Assembly (NCBI GenBank): GCA_963749085.1 | Contig: CAVVLG010000003.1 | Span: 80,235 to 144,234 of the forward strand | Origin: Candidatus Adlerbacteria bacterium | Lineage (GTDB): Bacteria; Patescibacteriota; Minisyncoccia; Phycocordibacterales; SBAW01 | Reading direction: 5' to 3' | DNA: 64,000 nt | In this document: in pieces, positions 22,170 through 32,444 of the stretch | Layout of the letters: each line of letters begins with the position of its first letter | Numbering within the stretch: position 1 is the first letter of the stretch | Position numbers and translations under genes: made by a program | The notes under the pieces: generated by a model | Seen by the model: only the letters and a program-made list of their open reading frames with translations | What the model was told of the DNA's origin: nothing | The model's database searches: none

Positions 22170-24410
22170 TCACCGTCACGGTCGCAGTGGCAGTCACCGA
22201 GCCCGCGGAGTTAGTGGCGGTCAAGGTGTAGGTGGTGGTCACGGTGGGAGTGACTTGGAGGGAGGTGGCCGTGCCTTCATTGGTGCCGTTGATGAGGAAC
22301 GAGGTTGCGCCGGTGGCACTCCAGGAAAGCGTGGTGGAGTTGCCTGCCGTTATCGTGCTTGGGGAGGCGGAGAAGGAAGAGATGGTGGGGGCGCTTGGAG
22401 CGGGTGTCACCGTCACGGTCGCAGTGGCAGTCACCGAGCCCGCGGAGTTAGTGGCGGTCAAGGTGTAGGTGGTGGTCACGGTGGGAGTGACTTGGAGGGA
22501 GGTGGCCGTGCCTTCATTGGTGCCGTTGATGAGGAACGAGGTTGCGCCGGTGGCACTCCAGGAAAGCGTGGTGGAGTTGCCTGCCGTTATCGTGCTTGGG
22601 GAGGCGGAGAAGGAAGAGATGGTGGGGGCGCTTGGAGCGGGTGTCACCGTCACGGTCGCAGTGGCAGTCACCGAGCCCGCGGAGTTAGTGGCGGTCAAGG
22701 TGTAGGTGGTGGTCACGGTGGGAGTGACTTGGAGGGAGGTGGCCGTGCCTTCATTGGTGCCGTTGATGAGGAACGAGGTTGCGCCGGTGGCACTCCAGGA
22801 AAGCGTGGTGGAGTTGCCTGCCGTTATCGTGCTTGGGGAGGCGGAGAAGGAAGAGATGGTGGGGGCGCTTGGAGCGGGTGTCACCGTCACGGTCGCAGTG
22901 GCAGTCACCGAGCCCGCGGAGTTAGTGGCGGTCAAGGTGTAGGTGGTGGTCACGGTGGGAGTGACTTGGAGGGAGGTGGCCGTGCCTTCATTGGTGCCGT
23001 TGATGAGGAACGAGGTTGCGCCGGTGGCACTCCAGGAAAGCGTGGTGGAGTTGCCTGCCGTTATCGTGCTTGGGGAGGCGGAGAAGGAAGAGATGGTGGG
23101 GGCGGAGGTGGTGACACAGGTACCCCCCGAAAGTACGTAGCCAGCAGGACAGGCCACCGTCACGGTCGCAGTGGCAGTCACCGAGCCCGCGGAGTTAGTG
23201 GCGGTCAAGGTGTAGGTGGTGGTCACGGTGGGAGTGACTTGGAGGGAGGTGGCCGTGCCTTCATTGGTGCCGTTGATGAGGAACGAGGTTGCGCCGGTGG
23301 CACTCCAGGAAAGCGTGGTGGAGTTGCCTGCCGTTATCGTGCTTGGGGAGGCGGAGAAGGAAGAGATGGTGGGGGCGGAGATATTTGTAACGCTTACATT
23401 AGCCGTTGCCATGGGACTGGTTCCCTCTGGGCCGATACACTGCATGCCGGCGCTGTACGTTCCGGCGGAAGAAGGAGTTATGGAGAGCGAACCGCTCGTG
23501 GCATATGTACCGCCGTGGGAGCCGGTACAAGAGGTTGCGTTAGTCGAAGACCAAGTGAATGTAAATGAACTCCCCAGGGTGATGGAGGTCGGATTTGCCG
23601 AAACGCTCACGGTGGGTGCATTCGGGATAACAGGATTCACCGTCACGGTCGCAGTGGCAGTCACCGAGCCCGCGGAGTTAGTGGCGGTCAAGGTGTAGGT
23701 GGTGGTCACGGTGGGAGTGACTTGGAGGGAGGTGGCCGTGCCTTCATTGGTGCCGTTGATGAGGAACGAGGTTGCGCCGGTGGCACTCCAGGAAAGCGTG
23801 GTGGAGTTGCCTGCCGTTATCGTGCTTGGGGAGGCGGAGAAGGAAGAGATGGTGGGGGCGGAGGTGGTCGCGGAGGTGGTCTGCGAGGCGACACAGGTAC
23901 CGTTCAAAGGTACGGAGCTGGGAGAACAGGTCGTCGTCACAGGATTCACCGTCACGGTCGCAGTGGCAGTCACCGAGCCCGCGGAGTTAGTGGCGGTCAA
24001 GGTGTAGGTGGTGGTCACGGTGGGAGTGACTTGGAGGGAGGTGGCCGTGCCTTCATTGGTGCCGTTGATGAGGAACGAGGTTGCGCCGGTGGCACTCCAG
24101 GAAAGCGTGGTGGAGTTGCCTGCCGTTATCGTGCTTGGGGAGGCGGAGAAGGAAGAGATGGTGGGGGCGCTTGGAGCGGGTGTCACCGTCACGGTCGCAG
24201 TGGCAGTCACCGAGCCCGCGGAGTTAGTGGCGGTCAAGGTGTAGGTGGTGGTCACGGTGGGAGTGACTTGGAGGGAGGTGGCCGTGCCTTCATTGGTGCC
24301 GTTGATGAGGAACGAGGTTGCGCCGGTGGCACTCCAGGAAAGCGTGGTGGAGTTGCCTGCCGTTATCGTGCTTGGGGAGGCGGAGAAGGAAGAGATGGTG
24401 GGGGCGGAGG
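22170..24410 (-). repeat. Eight copies of a ~225 bp Ig-like module (237 bp period where tandem)
   Basis: APTISSFSASPST...TATATVTV x8; identical antisense shadow ORFs at 22232, 22469, 22706, 22943, 23216, 23699, 24008, 24245. Confidence 0.95.
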
Positions 24411-24703
24411 TGGTTTGTGTAAGTGTTTGCTTACTACCCGAACATGACATTGTCGCACGAGTAGCAGGACCGACGAAGCCATACCCAGTAGTATCAGGAG
24501 AACCTGAGGAGACAATGCCGTGAGATGCCTGGTAGTTTTGTATTGCCTGTTCGGTCAGAGGACCGAAGTAGCCGGTGGTGGGACTTATGCTTAAAAATGA
24601 TTGCAGTTGGGTGACTTCCCCATTAGTTGTCGCATCAGTGACTCCGGCATACAGGTTATACGACAGGTCGATGCAGGAAGGGGCAGATGCGGTGGAGACA
24701 CTA

Positions 24704-25550
24704 GAACCAGTCTCAAAAATAATGTTTGAGTAATAGCATGATGCACGCGAGCTTCACGAAGGCGGCAAAGTTCTGCAGTTTGTATTCGTAGCGAGTCACG
24801 AGCTTTCTCCAGTTGTGCATCCACGCGAACAGCCGCTCAATCTTCCACCGGCGCTTGTAGGAGCGCAGCGCCCTGCCGTCCTGTGTTGCTCTGCGCACCC
24901 GGCCTCTGCGATGCGGTGAAATGAGTTTGATGCGGTATTTGTTCAGGAGCGTTCCATCCAGCGGATCGGAATCATATGCTCGGTCAGCCGTGAGGCGAAG
25001 CGGATTCTGTCGGGTAAATCGCCGGGCAAGCGTGTCTTCAACCAACCGGACTTCGCTCGGAGAAGCAGAGGCCACATAGACGGCGACTGGAAGAGAGCCT
25101 TCGTCCGCAATCGCCATGATCTTGGTGCCTTTCCCACGCTTCGTGGGTCCCACGCCAAGACCCCCTTTTTTGCCCCCGCGAAGGTGGCATCGAGAAAGCA
25201 GCTCCTGAGCTTGATGCGCCCCCGGTATTCCATGTCCATGGCCAGGGCTTCGACGATGCGGTCAAAGGCGCCGCTCTCCACCCACTGCTGGAACCTGCGA
25301 TGGCAGGTCTGGTAGGGCGGGTAGTCTTTCGGCAGGTGCTTCCACTGGGCGCCGGTCTTCAGTGCCCAGAGGATACCTTCCAGTATCTTGCGGTCGTCCT
25401 GCCGGGGACGGCCGCGGGTTTCCAAACGCTTGAGGGGTGTGACAAACGGAGCGATGACGCTCCACTGCTCGTTGGTGAGAGGCATGGGCAGGCAAATTAC
25501 GGGTAACGCCCTGTGCCTTTAGTCTACAACGGTATTTTTGAGATTGGTTC
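24704..25550 (-). mobile_element. IS5-family element (IS427-like), 847 bp
   Basis: Terminal IRs gaaccagtctcaaaaat / atttttgagattggttc (1 mismatch), CTAG target with TA duplication, two-ORF transposase. Confidence 0.93.
24713..25485 (-). CDS. IS5 transposase, two ORFs joined by a -1 frameshift
   Basis: OrfA LTNEQW...GAQWKHLP; A AAA AAG slippery site near 25165-25171; OrfB ADRAYDS, YKRRWKIERLF. Confidence 0.92.
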
Positions 25551-26359
25551 TAGTAGTGGTGGGTGCGGTGGTGGGAGTTTGGGTTGTGGTTTGGGTGGGC
25601 GCGGTGGATGTAGTAGGGACAGTAGGCGCAGTGGTGGACGTGGTAAGAGGAGCTTCAGTTCCCGCGCACACCCTGGCAATAACAGGACGAGTCAGTCCCC
25701 CCACAATACCGTACGCGGGTAATCCATACGTTTGCTGGAACTGGATTACATAGCTCTGCGTCAAGTGACCAAAGTAACCGCTTACGAGGTCATTGGGGTT
25801 GACATTATAGTAATCTGCAAGGAATTTCTGAAGCTCACTCACCTGACCTTGGGGATTAGTGTTGGAATCGGTAGCCCCTCTTGAGAGGGTCTGCGAAAGT
25901 TGCGGGCAATAGTAACCGTTATTAATGGTACCGTTTCCAAAGTCATCTGGTGTGGCTTGGGCGAGCACTACCGCAGCCGGCTGAGGTGAACTCGTTTGCG
26001 TGAGAAAAGTGCTTGTCGTAACTCCGGCAACTGCTATGCCGGTCATCATAAAAAAAGCGGCCACAAATAGGCCGAGATAGGCCGAGGATGCAGCAAACAA
26101 ATTAGCGAATTCGTGATCTTTCATGCGAACGGATGAGTAAAATAAATAAAAAGAAAGGGCGTCCAGCTTGCGCTGGATGCCCTGCTACTTGAAACAGTAG
26201 CATCACTTGCCTACATTTCAAGAAGGTGGTGTGGATAACTTTTTTGATCTATTTTTCGCCCTGGAAAAACCTTTTAGTGAAAAGCCAAACAATGGAGGAG
26301 GCAAAAGTCTTTATTTATTAAGCGTTTTAGAGACTGTTTCTAGAGATAAAGGGCACCTG

Positions 26360-26647
26360 AGTCTGCCGATACTGAATAATCCTGGCGGGAGATGTTGCCG
26401 CGCGAGATACCGAGGTGCGCGGCGGCTTCTTTGGTAGTCATGACGCAGAGTCTGGCGACTACTTCTTTTTTTGGGTGTCAGAGAGCTTCAGCGTCATCAC
26501 TCCCACAAGTTCCAAGAGCGCTTTGTTCTCCTTCTTGAGCTTCACGATCTGCCCAAGGGTAGGATTGCCCTCCACTCCCTTGGAGAGCCAGTAGTAGATA
26601 GTCTTCGGCGAGACGCCATGTTCTTCTCCCGCCTGGTAGACGGGCAT
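26360..26647 (-). pseudogene. IS3-family transposase remnant
   Basis: HGVSPKTIYYW...LKKENKALLELVG (OrfA) followed by degenerate HLGISRG (OrfB start). Confidence 0.65.
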
Positions 26648-26752
26648 ACCTTAGTAGTGCGTCTTCGGGCCGCTCCAGCGATGGGGCGGCCTTTTGCATT
26701 TCAAGCAAGCCCTGTAAACCTTTTCTTACCTACTCCGAGGATCGCGGGGCGC

Positions 26753-26815
26753 TCTGGACTCCTGGGGCGATTGGCGTCATCCCTGTCCTTGTATTAGCTA
26801 ATCGATACAAGGGAT
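26753..26815 (+). promoter_or_regulatory. Conserved LSR leader, copy 1
   Basis: TCTGGACTC-N12-GCGTCAT...CCTTG..ATTAGC...ACAAGG-ATG, shared with 45520-45585. Confidence 0.7.
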
Positions 26816-28147
26816 ATGGACACATCAACAATAACGCTGCGTAAGCCCCAAGCGGGCAATCGGCAAGAAGTTAAGCAGGTGCAAGTGCGGTACTGCCTGT
26901 ATGCAAGAAAGAGTACCGAGTCAGAGGAACGCCAAGTATTAAGCATTGACTCCCAAATCAAGGAGATGATGCAGATGGCGGAGCGGGAGAATCTAGAAAT
27001 CGTCGAGATAAAGCGCGAGAGCCACTCGGCCAAGGAGACCGGCCAGCGGCCCATCTTCAACGAGATAGTAGATAACCTGCGTGCCAATAAATACAACGGT
27101 ATATTAACGTGGGCACCGGATCGCATCAGTAGAAACGCCGGTGACTTAGGTTGCATTGTCGACCTCATGGACGCGGGCAAGCTGCATGAGATACGCACGT
27201 TCAGCCAGCGATTTAGCAATAACCCGAATGAAAAGTTCCTCCTAACAATTCTGGGTGGTCAGGCAAAACTTGAAAACGATAACCGAGGCATCAATGTAAA
27301 GCGCGGACTACGCGCTCGCTGCGAGATGGGCCTGTGGCCCGGGTACCCGCCGCTAGGTTACCTTAACCAAAAGCGCATGGATAAGAAATGCCAGCTCATC
27401 GTGGACCCCTTGCGTGCGCCCGTGGTAAAGCAGATATTCGAAAAGGTGGCACATGAGAAGTGGAGTGGCAGACAGGTATACAACTGGCTCAAGTTCAAGC
27501 TCAACTTCTACACGCGCGGAAACAAGCCGCTCACACTCTCGGGTGTGTATCGTATCCTCGATAATCGGTTCTACTACGGGCTCTTCGAGTACCCAAGAAA
27601 AAGCGACAACTGGTACCAGGGGCAACATACGCCGCTAATCAATCAGGAATTATGGGAGAAGGCGCAGGCGCAGCTGACGCGGGACAACATTGTCAGAGAG
27701 AACAAGGAATTCTCCTTCACCAAGCTATTCACGTGCGGGTATTGCGGAAGTGGTATCAGCGCCGAAGAGAAGTGGAAGCCACTCAAGGACGGTACCTCGG
27801 CGCACTACATCTACTATGGCTGCACGCGTGCCAAGGATCGGAACTGCAAAAACAAGTACATACGAGAGGAGGAGTTGATTGAGGAGCTGCTGAAAATCCT
27901 CGATCAAATCAACCTCAATGAGTTGGGTGTTCGCCACAAGATGGAGGACGAGATACGCCGGTTCAACAAGCTGCAGAAAATCGTGAGCGGGACGTCAGCC
28001 ACCACGTTAGTCGAGGACGACGACATCAACATACGCCGCTACGCCAAATACCTGCTCAAGGAAGGGAGCGTTTCTGACAAGCGGGAGCTCTTGGCGAACA
28101 TGCGAAGTAGATTGCTATATAAGGATAAAACGATTACGTTCGCCTAA
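26816..28147 (+). CDS. Large serine recombinase
   Basis: YARKST catalytic motif, DRISRN, recombinase domain, zinc ribbon CGYCG...YYGC...C. Confidence 0.95.
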   Translation: MDTSTITLRKPQAGNRQEVKQVQVRYCLYARKSTESEERQVLSIDSQIKEMMQMAERENLEIVEIKRESHSAKETGQRPIFNEIVDNLRANKYNGILTWAPDRISRNAGDLGCIVDLMDAGKLHEIRTFSQRFSNNPNEKFLLTILGGQAKLENDNRGINVKRGLRARCEMGLWPGYPPLGYLNQKRMDKKCQLIVDPLRAPVVKQIFEKVAHEKWSGRQVYNWLKFKLNFYTRGNKPLTLSGVYRILDNRFYYGLFEYPRKSDNWYQGQHTPLINQELWEKAQAQLTRDNIVRENKEFSFTKLFTCGYCGSGISAEEKWKPLKDGTSAHYIYYGCTRAKDRNCKNKYIREEELIEELLKILDQINLNELGVRHKMEDEIRRFNKLQKIVSGTSATTLVEDDDINIRRYAKYLLKEGSVSDKRELLANMRSRLLYKDKTITFA

Positions 28148-28258
28148 CGAAAATGCGGCCACCATGCCGCTCTTTTCGTTCAACTTTTTGTGCTGAGCAT
28201 TGCGGGTCGCACTGACACATCGACATTGCGGGAACACGCCGATACAAAGTTGTCAATG

Positions 28259-28345
28259 CGGAGAGGGTGAGATTCGAACTCACGGTAGGGTTTCCCCCAC
28301 GCCGCATTTCGAGTGCGGTGCCTTCGACCACTCAGCCACCTCTCC
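28259..28345 (-). tRNA. tRNA-Ser(CGA)
   Basis: GGAGAGG acceptor stem, CCGCA-CTCGAAA-TGCGG anticodon arm, long variable arm, TTCGAAT loop. Confidence 0.95.
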
Positions 28346-28428
28346 GTTAACCTCAGCAAAATAACATTATTGTACGATTTCAGCAAAACCGCTGACAAAA
28401 AGAGCTTTTTTTGGTATCGTTTTTTGAC

Positions 28429-28501
28429 GCGCGGTTAGCTCAGTTGGTAGAGCATCCCCTTGACGTGGGGAGGGTCGCAGGTTCGAGTCCTGCACCGCGC
28501 A
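28429..28501 (+). tRNA. tRNA-Val(GAC)
   Basis: Full cloverleaf, TCCCC-TTGACGT-GGGGA. Confidence 0.95.
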
Positions 28502-28504
28502 CTA

Positions 28505-29557
28505 ATGAAAATCTTGGCAATAGAAACATCGTGCGACGAGACTGGTATCGCGATAGTCGAAGGAGAAAAAACTTCTAAAGGTTTTGTCTTCAAAACACTC
28601 GACGCGACATTACTCTCGCAAGCACAGCTCCACGCTGCCTTCGGCGGCGTCTATCCCAATCTCGCCAAACGCGAACACGAAAAGAATCTGCCGGTACTTT
28701 TTGAAAAATTCGAGAATGAAAAAGTAGATGCGTTGGCGGTAACTGTTGGCCCGGGACTTGAGCCAGCGCTCTGGACCGGTATTACTTATGCACAAAAACT
28801 AGCAGAAGAAAGTCGATTTCCTCTGTTGTCGGTAAATCACATGGAAGGGCATCTTATTTCCTCACTAGTGCAAAACGGGAGACTGGAAAATGTCGAAATG
28901 TCAGTGCTTGCTCTCCTCATCTCCGGAGGTCATACCGAGTTCGTGCTCATGCGGGAATGGTTTCAATATCAAATAATCGGCGAAACGCTCGATGACGCCG
29001 TGGGCGAAGCGTTTGATAAAGTTGCGCGCATGCTCGACCTTCCCTACCCCGGGGGACCTGAAATAAGTAAACTTGCGAGTGCTGCGCGGGAGGAAAACCT
29101 TTCATCGGAAATAACCTTGCCCCGACCTATGCTCGCACATAAAAATTGTGACGTGTCTTTTTCAGGACTGAAAACCGCCGCATTGTATGCCCTGCGCGAG
29201 AAAAGTCTAAACGAGGATGGCAAGAAAGCGTTTGCACGCGAGTTTGAAGACGCGGTTGTCGACGTGTTCGTCGCAAAAACGCGCCGCGCACTTCAGGAGA
29301 CCGCCGCTAAAACGTTCGTAATCGGCGGCGGTGTCGCGGCCAATCGCTATATCCGCGAGCGGCTGGAGCAATTAGTGCTTGAGGAATTCCCTGACACTGA
29401 ACTGCGCCTCCCGGAACTTTCCATAACCGGCGACAATGCGGTAATGATAGCTGAAGTTGCGCTCGCACATCTTCTCTCAGGCGACTGGAAGCTGGAGCAC
29501 AAAGATTTTCAGGAAATCCGAGCGGTCGGCAATCTCTCGATTTCGACCTTAAAATAA
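28505..29557 (+). CDS. tsaD: tRNA threonylcarbamoyltransferase
   Basis: ILAIETSCDET, NHMEGH, SGGHT, GEAFDK, DNAVMIA. Confidence 0.97.
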   Translation: MKILAIETSCDETGIAIVEGEKTSKGFVFKTLDATLLSQAQLHAAFGGVYPNLAKREHEKNLPVLFEKFENEKVDALAVTVGPGLEPALWTGITYAQKLAEESRFPLLSVNHMEGHLISSLVQNGRLENVEMSVLALLISGGHTEFVLMREWFQYQIIGETLDDAVGEAFDKVARMLDLPYPGGPEISKLASAAREENLSSEITLPRPMLAHKNCDVSFSGLKTAALYALREKSLNEDGKKAFAREFEDAVVDVFVAKTRRALQETAAKTFVIGGGVAANRYIRERLEQLVLEEFPDTELRLPELSITGDNAVMIAEVALAHLLSGDWKLEHKDFQEIRAVGNLSISTLK

Positions 29558-29571
29558 GGTACGATTCGAAA

Positions 29572-31689
29572 ATGCCCGAGAAATTTCTCAAACCCTACAA
29601 TCCCTCGGAAGTCGAGAGCACAATATACAAAAAGTGGGAGGAGAGTGGCTATTTTAATCCTGATAATTTGCCGGGTGAGCGTACTGAGCCGTTTTCTATT
29701 ATCATGCCGCCGCCCAACGCCAACGGCTCTCTGCACGCGGGTCATGCACTGTTCGTAACGCTTCAAGATATTATGATCCGCTTCGCGCGTATGCGCGGCT
29801 ATAAGGCGCTGTGGCTTCCCGGGGCGGATCACGCAGGTTTTGAAACACAGGTAGTGTATGAACGGCAGCTGGAAAAAGAAGGGCGTTCGCGCTTTCGGAT
29901 GCCACCGGAGGAGCTCTACAAAGAGATTCTCGCGTTTACTATGCACAATAAATCGTTCATGGAGGGACAGCTTCGCCAGCTGGGCGCCTCGTGTGACTGG
30001 TCGCGAGAGCTTTTCACGCTTGATGAGCGTGTCGTCACCACTGTCTATGACACGTTTAAAAAGTTACACGAGGACGGGCTCTTATATCGTGGCTCGCGCA
30101 CCGTCAATTGGTGTCCAAAACATCAGACTTCGCTTTCAAATTTAGAGACTGAACGTATTACACGCACGGATTCTTTCTACTATTTTACATACGGACCCTT
30201 TATCATCGGCACCGCGCGTCCTGAGACCAAGTTTGGCGACAAATACGTGGTGATGCACCCGCAAGACAAGCGCTACAAGAAGTACAAGGACGGGGAGCAG
30301 ATTAAACTTGAATGGATTAACGGACCTATAACCGCCACCATCGTCAAAGACGAGGCCATAGATATGTCCTTCGGCAGCGGCGTCATGACCATTACACCCT
30401 GGCACGACGCGACCGACTTTGAGATAGCGCAGCGTCACCATTTACCCTTCGAGCAGATCATAGATTGGCGCGGCAAGCTCCTTCCTATTGCGGGCGAGTT
30501 TGCCGGTATGTCAATAAAAGACGCTCGGCAAAAGATTGTCGAGAAACTGCAGAGCAAGGGGCTTGTGGACCACATAGACCACAGCTACGTGCACGAAGTG
30601 CCGGTGTGTTATAAATGCGGCCGTGAAATAGAACCGCAGGTCAAAGAACAATGGTTCGTCAGCATGCAGCCGCTCGCCGCGCGAGCCATTGTGGCCATTA
30701 AGCGCGGCGACGTAAAAATTCTGACCGAACAACATGAAAAAATAATCCTGTACTGGCTAGAGAACATTCAAGACTGGAATATCTCGCGCCAAATTGTCTG
30801 GGGCATACCCATACCAGCGTGGTTTAAGGACGGTGAGATCCATATCGGCGAAAATTTTCCCGGCGAAGGATGGGTGAAAGACCCCGACACGTTCGACACG
30901 TGGTTTTCTTCCGGACAGTGGCCGTTTATCACACTCGGCTTTCCTGACGGTAAAGACTTTAAAACATTTTATCCGACCACCGTGATGGAAAGCGGCGCAG
31001 ATCTCATCTTTTTTTGGATAGCGCGCATGCTCATGCTCGGGATATACCGAACGGGAACGGTACCGTTCAAAAACATCTACCTTCATGGACTCGTGCGGGA
31101 CGCCAAGGGAGAAAAAATGAGCAAAAGCAAGGGCAACGTCATCTCCCCGCTCGATGTCTCAAACGAATTCGGCACCGACGCATTGCGCATGGGCCTCGTC
31201 GTCGGCAATACGCCGGGCACCGATCTTAATCTCGATCCGCGGAAAATAGGCGCGTATAAAAAATTCGCGAATAAACTTTGGAACATCACTCGCTTCGTGT
31301 TGGAGAACACCCAAGGAATCACCGTTGAAGATGCGCCGACATTTACCGATGCCGACGCGACTTTATGGAGAGAATTTAAAGAGGTGTGCACAGAGGTTAC
31401 CCAGGATATCGAGGGATTTCGTATCTATCTGGCCTCTGAGAAACTGTATCACTATGTATGGGGTCGATTCGCGAGTACGCTACTTGAAGAGAGCAAATCT
31501 ATTCTCAAAGGCAGCGACCCGGCGGTAAAACTATCACGTCAGCAATTCTTGCTCGCGGTGCTGCGCGATTGCCTCAAGCTCCTTCATCCGTTCATGCCCT
31601 TCATTACAGAGGAGATATGGCCCTCTTTGACTAAGGCTCCCAAAGACAAACATTCCCTGCTCTTGGTAGAGCGTTGGCCTGAAAAGTAG
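29572..31689 (+). CDS. valS: Valine--tRNA ligase (compact)
   Basis: PPPNANGSLHAGH, DWNISRQIVWG, DTWFSS, KMSKSKGN. Confidence 0.97.
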   Translation: MPEKFLKPYNPSEVESTIYKKWEESGYFNPDNLPGERTEPFSIIMPPPNANGSLHAGHALFVTLQDIMIRFARMRGYKALWLPGADHAGFETQVVYERQLEKEGRSRFRMPPEELYKEILAFTMHNKSFMEGQLRQLGASCDWSRELFTLDERVVTTVYDTFKKLHEDGLLYRGSRTVNWCPKHQTSLSNLETERITRTDSFYYFTYGPFIIGTARPETKFGDKYVVMHPQDKRYKKYKDGEQIKLEWINGPITATIVKDEAIDMSFGSGVMTITPWHDATDFEIAQRHHLPFEQIIDWRGKLLPIAGEFAGMSIKDARQKIVEKLQSKGLVDHIDHSYVHEVPVCYKCGREIEPQVKEQWFVSMQPLAARAIVAIKRGDVKILTEQHEKIILYWLENIQDWNISRQIVWGIPIPAWFKDGEIHIGENFPGEGWVKDPDTFDTWFSSGQWPFITLGFPDGKDFKTFYPTTVMESGADLIFFWIARMLMLGIYRTGTVPFKNIYLHGLVRDAKGEKMSKSKGNVISPLDVSNEFGTDALRMGLVVGNTPGTDLNLDPRKIGAYKKFANKLWNITRFVLENTQGITVEDAPTFTDADATLWREFKEVCTEVTQDIEGFRIYLASEKLYHYVWGRFASTLLEESKSILKGSDPAVKLSRQQFLLAVLRDCLKLLHPFMPFITEEIWPSLTKAPKDKHSLLLVERWPEK

Positions 31690-31704
31690 CGTTATACTGA
31701 ACAT

Positions 31705-32421
31705 ATGTTCCTTTCGCCGACGACGTTCATCGCGTTTTTAAGCGGGATCCTGCCGGCTCTTCTGTGGCTGAGCTTCTGGCTTCTTGAGGACCGCTGCCAG
31801 CCGGAACCGAAACGTTACATATTTTACGCGTTCGTGGCGGGTATGTTTTCCGTGCTGCCCGTCCTTTTTATCGAGCAATGGACCATTCCGCTCGTTGACC
31901 CGGCTTTTCTTATAAGCGGGATTGCCACTCCCGCTCTCCTCATAGCATGGGCTTCCACGGAGGAGCTCTTTAAATTCGGCGCTGCCTACATCACGGGACT
32001 GCGCTCCTGGGTGTTCGATGAGCCGCTGGACGCTGTTATTTATATGGTGACGGCTGCGCTTGGGTTCTCCTCCATAGAAAACGCGCTTTTTTTGTGGGGA
32101 GCCCTCATGCACGGGGACGTGCTCCATACCATCCTCACCGGTGACCTTCGTTTTATCGGCGCAACCCTCCTCCATACGCTTTCCTCCTCGACCATAGGCG
32201 TGGCGCTTGCAATGTCGTTTTATAAAAGCGCCGCGATGCGGCGACTATACGCCGTATGCGGAGTTGTCCTCGCAATTGCCTTGCACACCTTGTTCAATTT
32301 TTTTATACTGGGTCAAGGCGGCAATGCCACGTTTGTAGTGTTTATGTTCATTTGGATCGGCATCGTCATAATACTGCTCTTCGTGGAGCACGTGAAAATA
32401 CCTGAGAAGGATTATTGCTAG
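31705..32421 (+). CDS. prsW: PrsW-family intramembrane metalloprotease
   Basis: PEP, EELFK, GFSSIEN, LLH, LHTLFN motifs. Confidence 0.9.
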   Translation: MFLSPTTFIAFLSGILPALLWLSFWLLEDRCQPEPKRYIFYAFVAGMFSVLPVLFIEQWTIPLVDPAFLISGIATPALLIAWASTEELFKFGAAYITGLRSWVFDEPLDAVIYMVTAALGFSSIENALFLWGALMHGDVLHTILTGDLRFIGATLLHTLSSSTIGVALAMSFYKSAAMRRLYAVCGVVLAIALHTLFNFFILGQGGNATFVVFMFIWIGIVIILLFVEHVKIPEKDYC

Positions 32422-32444
32422 CTTGTTAGTCAGATTTCATTTAC

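Larger units (their letters stand above)
21448..26124 (-). pseudogene. Surface protein (two peptidoglycan-binding domains plus Ig/PKD-like repeats), about 1275 aa when reconstructed, split by IS5
   Basis: Removing the IS and one TA joins PTTT-S-VSTASAPSCIDL...GEVTQLQSFL...GYFGPLT in frame with ORF 21448-24450. Confidence 0.9.
21369..28261. mobile_element. LSR island integrated at the tRNA-Ser 3' end
   Basis: aaaattgtcgatgcgg (21369-21384) vs aaagttgtcaatgcgg (28246-28261, overlapping tRNA end); recombinase at right end. Confidence 0.7.

Noticed and set aside
22081-24523. Long and repeated + strand ORFs
   Set aside because: Antisense shadows of the Thr/Ser-rich Ig repeats
28134-28398. Two short minus-strand ORFs
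   Set aside because: They read through tRNA-Ser
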